The notes under the pieces are model-generated. The model did no database searches, had not been told where the DNA came from, and saw only the letters and a list, made by a program, of their open reading frames with translations. The position numbers and the translations under genes were made by a program. A DNA stretch of 51,243 nt from Catajapyx aquilonaris (taxonomy: Eukaryota). Positions within the stretch are counted from its first letter, which is position 1, and the number at the start of each line of letters is the position of its first letter. Shown one piece after another: positions 12,064-23,720 of the stretch. The stretch is from the NCBI GenBank assembly GCA_000934665.2, contig JYFJ02002772.1:1-51243 (forward strand), read 5' to 3'.

Positions 12064-15000
12064 TTAATTTAATTAATTTCAATCGTCGTTTCTCATAATG
12101 CGATTGTGCTGTACCAAATAATTTAGCTATTAAATTAAATTTATTTCGAAATTATTGAACAATCAGGCTATTGTCATGACATGTGAGTCAGCATATTGAC
12201 ACACACATTCTGAAGTCAATCACATATCAGATCATGTTTGCCATTTTTTATTCTGTCCTGCCATCTACACTCTGTTGCATACAACACCGGTTGTTGCTGC
12301 ACTCGAGTGATTTGTGCCACATCAAGATATACGCTACTGTTGTATCGAAGCCTCGTATGCGTAATTGAGTGAAAGGAGAGCAGACACCGAAGCCCAATAA
12401 ACGGCACCCGATTTATTGGAAGCTGTGGTCGCAAGCCGGCCGTCCTTCTACGACCTCAAACTCACCTGGGTAGAAAAGACAGCAGTCTCATCAAAACCAG
12501 TCCAGTTTCCTAAGGACTCACGTGGGCGACGTGCAAATCCAAATTTATGGAGGATTTCGCCTTAAAAAGACCTGCTCCGTTTCAAACAAAATCCGGACAA
12601 CACGCGATATTTTTCCTTCTCCCCCACCCCCTCCAAATGGGTGGGTTGCATTCCTTCCAGGATAATACTCTTTGCAATCAGATGATGGCTCCGTCCATAA
12701 AGCACCAGGTAGGGTCATAAAAATGACCAGTCTGACTTACAGCCAATCGACCCCGTTCAAAGCGAGAGGGGCCTCGCATTTTGGGGGACGACCTTCGAGT
12801 TGTGCAATTTGGTCGTGATTACATCTCCCGCAATGGGGCGGTGGCTTGACCCACCTCAATGGGGCCTTATCTTGATGAGGTGTGGGTTTTTACCTGGGGA
12901 GAAGATGCACTTTTGCACGGTATTTATCTTCGCCAACTTTCTCCAGGTAGAGCGACCGGCTAATTTTTCAACTCCATGTGACAAATGAAGGTGTTGGTGT
13001 ATATTCGAAGGCGGTTTGCCTTCCACGATTGGATAAAAGAGAATTTTTATGCTAGGCGGAGGAAAAGCATGTAAAACGAGGCCATCTGTATGTACTCGGT
13101 GTTTCGAAGAGGTAAATTTTCTGGGCGAAAGCGTACTATTCCGCCTCATTCCCGTTGCGGTTTTCTATAACTGAATGTCTGGCGAAAACCTGTTTCTGGT
13201 ATGGGAAGACAGATATTGCTTGTTTACTTAACTGAATAGTAGGTGATTTGCATAAGGACTTCTTCAGACGGGGGATAATAAGGGTGGTGTGTACTCAGGG
13301 TGTGTCATTATAATTTGGACAAGATGGTAATGAGCATTATAATCGGAAAAGCTGGTGCGGCACATTACGAAACATCATGTACGCTCAAGTATGTGCGAGC
13401 GTGTTATTATCGCATCTTGAGAGTGAAAATGGTCTGGGAAGCGATTTGACTTCCTAGTGCAAATGAATGACAATCGGAATTGTAGCGACCCGGTTTCTAT
13501 CGGAATGCGTTTCTACTTCACATGAGATGTGTAGTATTCGCAGCGGAGAAGTTCTCGTCCTAAATTGCACGAGTCAATATTTCAGATATTTTCACCAGCA
13601 CAACACACGTCAGCAATTGAGCCATAAAATTCATACAGACTAATAACGATGATTTGAGCGACGGAAATTGAAAAACTTTCCTTTCGACCGATTGCTGGTG
13701 GCCCACCTCTCGCATGACCGTCCTAATATTTTTTCCAATCTCACACAATATCCGACACGCATACCCCCCAACTCAGCTCGGTGAGAATCCTCCTGAATCT
13801 GGGAGTTGGTGGGAAAATCGCCTTTCACTCACGCAAAATTAGGTCGCTTTGTATATGATCCATATTACATGTGGGGAAGGACGCCACATTTTTTTCTAGT
13901 ACGTAAGAGAACTCCACCTTGATGCCAATTGCCATCCAATTGTTTCCTTGTATAACGATTAGAAGGTTGTGCAACCAAGAAAACGCTCTTTTCCTATTCC
14001 CTTCAGTGGGTTAAACGTACCATCAGTACTCATTGTGTTTTCTGGTGTCTCCCTGGGAAAGAATTCGACGCCTTTCCCACATTTACGACTCTTTGTGTAG
14101 TAAGATAAGAATCGGACCATTCGTCAGTAGTATTATAACGTAATTTTTGCACCGTTTTGTACGCAGCTGTTAATAGCAATTTTTGCAACATGAAATTTCT
14201 GAAGGTTATAGCATAAATTTTTTGTTTCGGCACAATTAAGCCGAAATGACTCCGAAATATCGGAATTTATGCAAATATGGTGAGCGCCCGTCAGGAAATG
14301 AATGATAAGCAAAATGTGAGCAGTTGCACCTGCGTGTATATCCATGTCAAGAACCTTGCTGCGTGCTGCCCAACCGAGCGGCAAGGACGAGTTGCGATCC
14401 GTCTCGCCCACATCCATCTTTTTCCACCTCCATCAATGGATTTGGGAGGCGTCCATATTTAAAGTCAGACAAAAGGAAGACGACGTCCTCGATGATACAT
14501 GTCACTAAGTGGGAAGAGGGGGCGGGAGGGTGGGCAGCATATCTTCGTACAGGGTGGTACACTGCTCACTGTTTAGTTATGGGGCAAAAAGTTGTTCAGC
14601 TTAGCAACCTGTACGCGAAAATGCTAACTTTGAAGTCTATTTTAATTTTATTAGCAGCTTGCAAAAGTATTAGCTACTAATTGCCGATCAAAACCAATCT
14701 GGTAGCTCTGAATTTCAATTAATTTCCGATCACAATTGGCTTCAATGGTTGAACCCAATTTTTGCAATCGTCAAAAGTAACGTTTCAGAGTAACCTAATA
14801 TTGACTGCTAATCAAAATAACGGATTAAAGGCAATCCACTTGTGCGGACACATGTAATAATTGAAAAATAATACAACGCCCATTTTTAATCAATTTGCAA
14901 AATTAATTATTTTGCGTTTCAGGATTCGTCGCACGCCTTTAATTTGCATAAACTATTTTTTTTTCACTTACAGTTCCTTTCTTGCGGGCGTATTTGTTCA

Positions 15001-15294
15001 TTGCACCACCCTGTAGACTCTCAGGTAGGAAGAATGCGCCCTGTGACCGTAATGACAAAGGGCCGGGGGCGGTAAATGTGTGTCGCCTATCACATATACC
15101 CATGACCCCATCAGCAATTTTTGCCCCCCTTCGGTCGCTGACAAGACTCCTCCTAAGCGATCACTCAAGTGGGTGGAGTGTCCAAAAGGGTTTGGTCCAG
15201 ATGAGGACCCCCAAAAGATGACGAAGGGGACCCCAGATTGTCGTTCTCTTCTAGGGTGGGATTAAACGCAAACGTCAAGCTGAGTTAGGTCAAA

Positions 15295-15864
15295 TTCAGT
15301 TTCGCTTCTCTGGGCGTGCAAAATCGCCACGACGTGTGTTTGACAGGCTGTGGTCGTAGGAGTAGTAGTAGTTCCACATCTTGCCAGAAGAGCGACGCTA
15401 GTGCAGTGGGGCTGAGTTTGTAACCATGTGTGTGTTCCGCCCCCACGCGATTTAAGATCTTTAAAGGACGTGGCCAGCTCACAAAAGATCCTTCCAAGGA
15501 TTGTGTCGCATTTAAAAGGGTCCCTTTTTGTTGCCAGCACGGTATTCTCCCAAATGCATCGCGCGGTGTATCAAATAATTGTCACTTTGAACCTGCTCCG
15601 GAGAGAACTAGTTTGGGGGTCTTTTTTGGAGCATTGGCCACGTTCTGGTGGCCATGAATGACAACTCACGGCAAACAGGAATGGACCATTTATCACGTCC
15701 AACAAAATGCAGACCGAGTATGAAAAGTCGGCTGCGTTGCATCACCAACGATCCTGTCAAGATTAGAGTGCAGACAGAGGCTTAGAGGAGGTCCTTCTGA
15801 CTGTATTTGGAGTTTAGCATGTCTAGTATCCGTGTGTGAGAGTGACACGTGCAGTTAGGTAAGG
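15295..15864 (+). promoter_or_regulatory. Candidate TSS (Inr-like TCAGTT) and non-coding first exon ending at the donor TAG|GTAAGG
   Basis: TTCAGTT at 15295-15301 matches the arthropod initiator TCAGTY. The donor-like GTAAGG at 15859 would pair with the 17842 acceptor (~2-kb intron). This is motif-only evidence. Confidence 0.25.
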
Positions 15865-17822
15865 TTAAGACTCTGAAAAAAATTTCAACTAAAAAAAATG
15901 TAGTCGGACCCAGCCCAGTATTTTATTAATCCACTCTTTTGTTTCCCCCAAAAATGTGGCTGCAGATGCCAAGGCAACGGATTTAATGGCGTCATAAAAG
16001 GTTCAACTTTACAGTGTAATGCTACTGGTTGGGCCATGAATTATAAAATAGCCCTAGTTTTAACGGATCTCGTAAAGTCGAGTACGTAGTGGCTTTAATG
16101 AGTCGGCCATTTTTTTTGCACCTCTCCTGCAAATCTATCAAAAAGTGGGCAATATTAGTCAAGGCGGTTGGAAAGGCTGCTTTATGCCGGGGTTATATAG
16201 TGATCGCTCCTTTCTGACATTCAAGGGCACCTGTCTCGCACTTATTACTTTGTTAGTTTTGAATCGGTGAAAAACGCGAACTTTCAACTAATTAAGTAAT
16301 CGCTTATCATTTTAATGGCTAATGGCAGCATATCCGTCTCTAGCTTATGGCACATTCCGATATCATTATCTGCTCTCCAGAATGAGTGTTATTGTATGCA
16401 GGTGGGTGTGTCGATAGCGGTCACGACGTAGGTGATAAGCGACCGTTACAATGGCTACATCTCATTGACATATGGCAATGAGTTTTAATTACTCGCATTG
16501 CAACATTCACTCCTCAGCAATCTATCATCGCTTGACATTTTTAGCCCGTTCCAATATGGGCGAATCTGATCCACGTCACTGGTTACAAAAAAATAATGCA
16601 TATTATTTGAGAGGTAAACAAGGGCTAATTAGCGACAATCCAACGACGTTGACACGTTCTGGAGATATGCGACGTGCTGGTGATGAGAGGATGACATGCA
16701 CTGTATATTATTACGCGGCCTACGCTCGGCCTGCTAATGCCATTATAATTGCAGGGTGTTTCACGACTGACATCAATCACCGTGTAAGTTCTCGTAGCCA
16801 TAAATAGCACTGCACCTCCATTAATTTGCATACCAGAAATTACTTGTTTTTATACCCTCCCAGTTTTTTTTTGGGTTGCTTCCGCTGCTCTAAATTGCTA
16901 GGGGAGTTAGTACAGCGAATTGGATTGGAGCCGCACTGTAAACACAGCCCGTCAGGTGGGAAACGCCACACGTTGGTAAAAGTTTTTGCAGAAATTTTAA
17001 CCATCCATCGTGTGATGAGAGTGGATTTCCTTGGCGCAGGGCGACTGACGTCAACCCTTACCCCCCAACTGTCCATCTTTGATCCGAACCAGTTCATCTC
17101 AACTTCTTAAGAAAAGAAAAAAAAGAGGAGCCGGTTCAACTTTCCCCCACAATTTTTTACTGATCGGACTTAAAGGTTTCGATTTTCCGGAATATATAGA
17201 TGGATGAGTCGGATTCTTTATAGACGACCGGAAAATGCTTCTGTGTTACGGAGTGTGTGGGAACAGGCCAGACCAACTGGTTCTTACGATCATCCTGATT
17301 TTTTTTTCTTTCTTTTTCGTACAGCGCGTGCAGAGCCTGAAAAATTGCTCCTTGACGGGTATAGGGGATAAAAATTAGTTGTAGCGCTGAGGGGAACAAT
17401 CTTCCCGCCATTCATCGAAGGATAGGAAAACGGCGGAGGAGATGGTGTGCACTCTGGTGGTCTCATTTGTATGACAATTCTGGGCGGCGAAGCAGTCACG
17501 TCCTCCACCCCTTTTGTTTGAATACCGGTTGCACGCGAGTACCTGCCCAGGAATTCATATGTTTGATAATTTTTCAGTCGGTAGATTTGCTCGGGTGATA
17601 AATCCGACTAAACTTTGCTTTTAGGAGAGGCGGATATCAGTGTGGACTGTGTACTCTGCAGGCATGTTGGGCTGTCCATAAGTGAATGGAAATGAAAAGT
17701 GGCGAAGGCGTTTTCTTTTCAACAATTCAATGCCCTCTCGATTGGGGGGATTCATATTTTAACTGTCAGTGTCTTGTGGGGGATTATTAATCATGGATGC
17801 CATTTTTGTGTGACTGAACCCG

Positions 17823-17842
17823 TTTTCTTCTGTTATTTCCAG
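17823..17842 (+). promoter_or_regulatory. 3' splice acceptor for the coding exon (exon starts at 17843)
   Basis: Polypyrimidine tract plus CAG (ttttcttctgttatttccag) ending 62 nt before the ATG. An in-frame TGA at 17875-17877 means upstream exons cannot read into the main ORF through this acceptor. Confidence 0.65.
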
Positions 17843-17904
17843 ATGCGCGACTGGCCAGGCCAGCGTTCCATTCCTGAAACCCCCGGTCTCCATCCCCTAT
17901 CCAA

Positions 17905-19569
17905 ATGAGTATAGTCGACTCCCTGCCTAATGTGTACGCCAACGCGACCTGCAATCCCGGATACTTCATAAACTCCAGCTCCTCGCTCAACCCGATCCTC
18001 ACCTACTTCCCGCAAGTGAAGAGGGAGATACCCAGCCCGCACTTCGGAGTGGTGACCACGACCGCCGCGGCCCTGCCTCCTTTGCCCCGGAGCCACCCGC
18101 TGTACCAAACCATAGGTGTCCCGCGAGAGGAGTGCGCCTTTTTACCCCATGGTGAAAGGGTAGCACCCAAGCCAGCTGCCTCTTCCTATCTGGTCGCTCC
18201 AACCACCATGAGAGAGAAAGACTCCAGCCCAAGGAAGATGATTGGGTTGGGCAGCCTTTTCCGGGACATCTCCCCTAAGCAGGCGTCCATCTACCCGGAG
18301 CAACGAGAATCCGGGGTTCCCAACGGTGCGGTGCTCAGACCTTTGACGGTGCAGGTCCCCGAGCCAGATCCGGAGATGCCGTTCGACCTGTCCAGAAACG
18401 CGCAGAGGCAAGACCCGCACATGAGTCCAGCCAGCAGGCCCAACTCGGACAGCATGGAGGACCAGCCCTTGGATCTGAGGATGGACCACAAGAAGTGCAG
18501 GCTGGTGGAGGAGGATGAAAATCGGAATGTGATCATCAGGTCGCCGTCTCCGCAGCAAATCCGATGCAAGTCCAAGTCTCCCGAGAGGACTCCTCCGCCG
18601 CCTGCTCCTGACGTACCGCTATCGCCGGTACCCAGTACAAACTTCCCATCGCCGATCTACGCCCGTCCTATCAACCATATGGTCTTAGAGGCCATGTACA
18701 AGAACTCCATTCCGGCGTACCCGCCTCCAAGCCCCGAGCGAGTAGTGCCGTACCCTGCCAGGCCGTACCCTCCTTTCCTTGGTCCGGCCATGCTCAACGG
18801 CCATCCTCACCACCACCATCCTCACCATCACCACCACCACCACTTCGACATGATGCGATCCGCTCCCATCGAGCGCATACACCAGAAGCCGTACCAGGAG
18901 GTCCTGACGCCCCACCTGAACAAGATGAAGGACCGGTACGCGTGCAAGTTCTGCGGGAAGGTGTTTCCTCGGTCGGCCAACCTGACCCGACACCTTCGCA
19001 CCCACACGGGGGAGCAGCCCTACAAGTGCAAGTACTGCGAGCGGTCCTTCAGCATCTCATCCAACCTGCAGCGACACGTCCGGAACATACACAACAAGGA
19101 GAAGCCCTTCAAGTGTCCGCTCTGCGACCGGTGCTTCGGACAGCAGACCAACCTGGACAGACACCTCAAGAAGCACGAGGCGGATGGTCCGACCATACTG
19201 GACGGCGCCAGTCCTAAAAGACACGACGTGGTGGTGGACCGGGAGGAGTCGTACTTCGAGGAGATACGCAGCTTCATGGGGAAAGTGACGGAGAATAAAT
19301 GCGTGCCCATGGTCGGAAACAGCCAGGCGTTTCCGGACCACGTTTTGCGGAAAACGGACATGTCGCCGTCCGGTTCGTCGTCCAGCAGCGCGAGGGACGA
19401 GTCTTCGGCCAAGTTGGACGACGGGATCCATAGGGACGACGACAACTCCTCCAGATCTCCGTTGTCTCGGCAAGGAAGCAAGTGTGACAGTGTGGCCACG
19501 GAGGAAGAAGCTCCGGTGGTGGATACTACAGAGTCGGAGAGCTCGACCAAAGACGGTCCAGAAGCGTGA
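17905..19569 (+). CDS. ham: Hamlet/EGL-43/MECOM(EVI1)/PRDM16-family C2H2 zinc-finger transcription factor; short form with only the C-terminal 3-finger cluster and no PR/SET domain seen
   Basis: 554-aa ORF with GC3-rich codons. It contains the signature [82 protein letters not shown] (18937-19176), essentially the EVI1/PRDM16/hamlet distal ZF domain. CtBP-type motifs PFDLS (18379-18393) and PLDLR (18466-18480), the [10 protein letters not shown] motif after the fingers and an acidic tail are also present. The family call is secure; exact orthology (hamlet or a paralog) is not. Confidence 0.93.
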   Translation: MSIVDSLPNVYANATCNPGYFINSSSSLNPILTYFPQVKREIPSPHFGVVTTTAAALPPLPRSHPLYQTIGVPREECAFLPHGERVAPKPAASSYLVAPTTMREKDSSPRKMIGLGSLFRDISPKQASIYPEQRESGVPNGAVLRPLTVQVPEPDPEMPFDLSRNAQRQDPHMSPASRPNSDSMEDQPLDLRMDHKKCRLVEEDENRNVIIRSPSPQQIRCKSKSPERTPPPPAPDVPLSPVPSTNFPSPIYARPINHMVLEAMYKNSIPAYPPPSPERVVPYPARPYPPFLGPAMLNGHPHHHHPHHHHHHHFDMMRSAPIERIHQKPYQEVLTPHLNKMKDRYACKFCGKVFPRSANLTRHLRTHTGEQPYKCKYCERSFSISSNLQRHVRNIHNKEKPFKCPLCDRCFGQQTNLDRHLKKHEADGPTILDGASPKRHDVVVDREESYFEEIRSFMGKVTENKCVPMVGNSQAFPDHVLRKTDMSPSGSSSSSARDESSAKLDDGIHRDDDNSSRSPLSRQGSKCDSVATEEEAPVVDTTESESSTKDGPEA

Positions 19570-20066
19570 CCTTAAATGACAAAAACTTTTTTTTCCAATG
19601 GTGCTTTCAATGGGACATTCTGGTGCAAAAGGTTACCACGGACTAGGCCTTATTTATAACGTTTTTTTATCATTAGTTTCTAGAGGCAAAAAAATATATA
19701 AAAGTCAGCATCAAAATATTTTGGTACAGCAGGGCTACCTGAAAAAAGAACTAGTCAGAGTCAGGTCACGAATTTTTTGTGTACTGTACGCATTCCCCAC
19801 GATATGACAAAAAGATTGTAACCAGCAAACGATGGATCCAACGCACATATCTCAACTTAATGGTGTTCCAAGTGATGTTCCTTGACAACAATTTGTTTAT
19901 TTTTTTGTGAGTATGACTCTTCCTTTCTCTGTGTAGGAAATTATATGTGATTCAGTCTCCTAGTTCAATCATACTTGTGCCGCACCGAAAAAATTATCAG
20001 ATATCGACATTACATTTTTGATTAACTTATATATGTAATGCAGATCATCAGCGAGTGTTACTAGCC

Positions 20067-20072
20067 AATAAA
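20067..20072 (+). terminator. Proximal polyadenylation signal AATAAA
   Basis: AATAAA ~500 nt after the stop codon, in AT-rich UTR-like sequence. Confidence 0.4.
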
Positions 20073-21992
20073 TTGTAAAATATTTAAATCAAAACCTTTT
20101 CAGTTCATCCATTCATTGCAAAATAATAATCATTTTTAATGTTATTCTTGCTTATGTTGCTAACTCCCAGCTCGTAATTTCTTCTTTTTTTTAAAGTATG
20201 AAATTTGAAATTAACGGTACGAGGACATTGCTCCTTTCAGTGAAAGCAATGTGCAATGAGTTGTCCGCTATTTTCTGCTTTGCTGGACCATTTCATCCGT
20301 CCCTTTCAACCTCCGCCCCACTGTCCAATTCTCTATGTGCACTCGGGAATAAGAAGCACAACTTTCGATACATAAACCTAACTGCTTTTGTCTTGGGTTC
20401 CCACATTTTCTTCCTCTGGAATTTACCTCTACACTATCTTTCTATCTACGTCTATCTGCTTCTGTTCACTTCACAAGTCTATCACCTGTCTATGCATGCC
20501 AATCTTCCCGTTAGTCTGTCACTCTATCTATCTGCTTGTCTCGTCTGTCCAATCTCAATATTATCAACCCCGCACCTTTCATAACATCATCGTGAATATT
20601 TCTTGCACCCATTTTTTTTATTGCCCTAATCCTGAAAATGCCACCCACAATGCTGGAATCCGATTGATACACCCGATCGCGTACCTAGCAGCTTTCACTT
20701 GATCTTTTTGCTTATAGTATATTGTAACAGGTTTTCTCTCTTGGCATCTGTTGTTATTTCACTAGTTGATACACTTCTTTATATGAATTCTGCTTGTTTC
20801 TTACAGTTCCTTGTAACATTTTTTTTTCTCTTTCTCCTAAGCCAATCTGACCAATGTTGAACAGGGTCCTGGCCTCCCCAAACACGTGCCTTAGGACACA
20901 TCAGGTACACACTTCTCACGTGCCAGCCTGACCCCAAAGCTACAGATCTCCTTCTTTCCATACATACACCCCCCAATGCCCTCCAATTACCCAATCGTGC
21001 CTGGCCCGCAGCTTAGGATTACCCCATGCTGATTCCAGCGGGTCCCAGATGCCCTCTCGGACCAGTAATTGTGACCAATCATCCCCCGGATTGTTCCAGG
21101 CCACCTTGGGGATTAGGTGTTGGCAAAGAAACAATTAGGAGGAGTCATGCGCGTCTTATTTCTTCTGAATCGTGATGTTGGGAGAGAGAGACGGGAAGGT
21201 GATGCGCTGACATTTTTTGCTCAACTTTATTTTAGGTGACCTCGATTCGATGCACAAGTTTGCGGTACAGTGCGGTACATGCCATATATTTTTGCTACTT
21301 TTTCTGGAGGCTACAAGCTGGAGTTGCATAATATTGTTGCATTTTTTCATCACTTTTATGCGGCTCTGGCTAGACATAAAGACATTATTTAGTATACAAA
21401 AGATGTGAATTCTTTTTTTTAAATAGTGTAACACAATCGGGCGGTAGTGTTTGCTTTGTTAGGCCGTGGGAAAAAATGTCGGAATACATTTTTTTGGTAT
21501 TTTTCTGAGGTTGTGGGACTCTTTTTTTAATATACATGTACACATCGCATTCCTGGGTGATTTTTTTTTCATCACCTGACTTCTGGTACTTTTTGATGCC
21601 GCTTTGTCCACGCCGTCCATTTAATTCACTCCACTTGTACAAAAAAAATCCGGTGGGAATGACCTCAAGTTCACACTTTCTGGTAGTACCTTAAACGATA
21701 TTATGCAGTGCACTTCACTGCGGCGTGTTATGTAAGTGCTACAACCGCACTAGTCATGCGTGTGAAGAAATTTGTGTTTTTTAAATGCATACACTATGTC
21801 ACAAAATGTACAGTACGTATAGATTTATATGCAGCAAAAAGAGATGTCACTCATAAATTATACAGTACAATTTTTTTTGGAGTGCTTTTATTTCTATATA
21901 CCCATTTTTGTAGATAGTGTATAAGACCTCCCCGTATTTCTAGGACCAATTCTTGTATAGAGATGTTAATTCAAAAGATATATACACGACGC

Positions 21993-21998
21993 AATAAA
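21993..21998 (+). terminator. Distal polyadenylation signal AATAAA with downstream GT/T-rich element
   Basis: AATAAA followed ~25 nt later by tggtcttgttttgttttccc. The upstream stretch 21640-21990 is AT- and TGTA-rich, as in 3' UTR ends. Confidence 0.45.
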
Positions 21999-23459
21999 AT
22001 TATTCTGGCAATGATGTCCCTGGTCTTGTTTTGTTTTCCCTCACGCATACTCTTGAGAATGTGTCACGACAACTTTAAAAAAATTAAGGGTTGTATAGGT
22101 GCCCCCTAGACGTCACAGGCAATTGGGAAAATGTGATCGTTCAGCACGCAGAAAACCTCTCGCAATGGATGTGTAAGCAAAGCTTCATAAATCCTAAACA
22201 GGTTCCTCCGTTTTTCAGGTGTAAATAACAGTCTCCCGGTACGTTTCGTACCTTATATTTTTTTACCTTCCTATTTTTTAATTGGACCATTGTCTGCTCC
22301 CTGAAATATGAACGGCTTCTTCTTTTCTAGCCGTGTGATTCAGAACCGTTTCGATAATTGACCGCATCGTTTTTGCCTGACCGATAAAATATTCGAACCC
22401 ACCCCAAATTGGCAGCTCATTCTCATAGGTTTTTAAAGGGGTTAATTGAGTTGAGCAGGAAGGGAGGGATAATACGAATAAATTTCCATACAGCCTGCTA
22501 CTTCTCCAACTACTGTTCCGATAGCATCATGGCGTCGGAATGCGGCTAACATAGAGATTCACTTACGAGATTTATGGTGCGTATTGGGAGTGAATTGGAA
22601 GTCAAAAGATGGCGGACAGCAGGATCATTTATCTCGGTTGGCTCCCATGCTTGTCGTGATTGGCCAAACTGCTCAAGTTATTATGTAAAAAAAAAAGTTT
22701 GTCCTGAGGTCATTTTTTGGAAGACTCCCATTGATAGAGGGCAGACCCCTAGATAAGGCGGAGGAATTGAAAGGAAAATACGAGTGCTCCTGTTGGCTCG
22801 ACCTCGTTAGCCGCATACGAATCGGCAGGAGATAGAGGAGGGAATGACCAAACCTGCCTCAATAAAGAAAATAAACAACGGGGTTGATGAGACGAGGGAG
22901 AAGTAGAGTTAGGGAGGGGCTGTTCTGTGCTGGGAAGCTGGTGCCTGGTGATCACAACCTGAATAAAATGAGGCAATCTCAAAGCTGAAAACCAGGGGTT
23001 AGTCACTCGTGTAAGTACTGAACAGCAGGGTGATACTGAAGGTGTCTGACACTGACCGAAAGAAAGCGCCTATGACTATAAAAGGACTGTCAAAATCAGT
23101 TCAGAAGGTGACAAGTGTGTCGCTTTTTTTTGCATATACGAGTACAAGAAAATGTCATATGATGAGTACCAGATAAGTGTATTAATCTCAAGATACTTCC
23201 TGTGGATTGCCTTGGATTGCTCTGCAAAGAGTAACGATGGATGAGTGACTAACCCCTCCGATCATGACTGAAGGTGACTGAACAAGCAAGGACTGTGTAC
23301 ACCTGACAAAGGAAGTGATTAACCTCGGCCAAACACCACGCAAGGTCGAATCATTATTTTTTGCACAAAACATGGAGACGACACTACCCACTTTAGATTC
23401 ACTTAGTTATTCAATATGGCTAAGACTCCTCCTTTTTTGTAGAAAAAATGTACAAAAAA

Positions 23460-23720
23460 ACATGCTATCCAGCTGTGGATTTGCGAACTCTGCGCTGGGG
23501 ACAGCAGTTGAGCACATTGTTGAGGAGACAACCGGCATTCCCATAGAAGGAGTGGTGAATTACGATCTAGGAGGGGAAACTTTGGGTGGGGTGGGGTTGT
23601 GTAGTGTAGGGGGCGCACGTTCAGGGCAAGGGCGGTCGTGCCAACCCGGCTCTTACCTTCTCCCGATCGGCTCCCGTTAACTCCCAATCCTACCAGGGGG
23701 AGACCTGATAATAAAAAATA
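23460..23720 (+). mobile_element. Possible decayed LINE 3' end (degenerate C-terminal zinc-knuckle region plus A-rich tail)
   Basis: SCGFANSALGTAVEHIVEETTGIPIEG resembles the WG..DSPLC..TVEHIV..CP...F.G C-terminus of I/Ingi-like ORF2. The segment ends in ataataaaaaata. Confidence 0.35.

Noticed and set aside
17787..19550. Several minus-strand and alternate-frame ORFs (68-176 aa) overlapping the zinc-finger gene
   Set aside because: They are shadows of a GC3-rich coding sequence with no recognisable domains.
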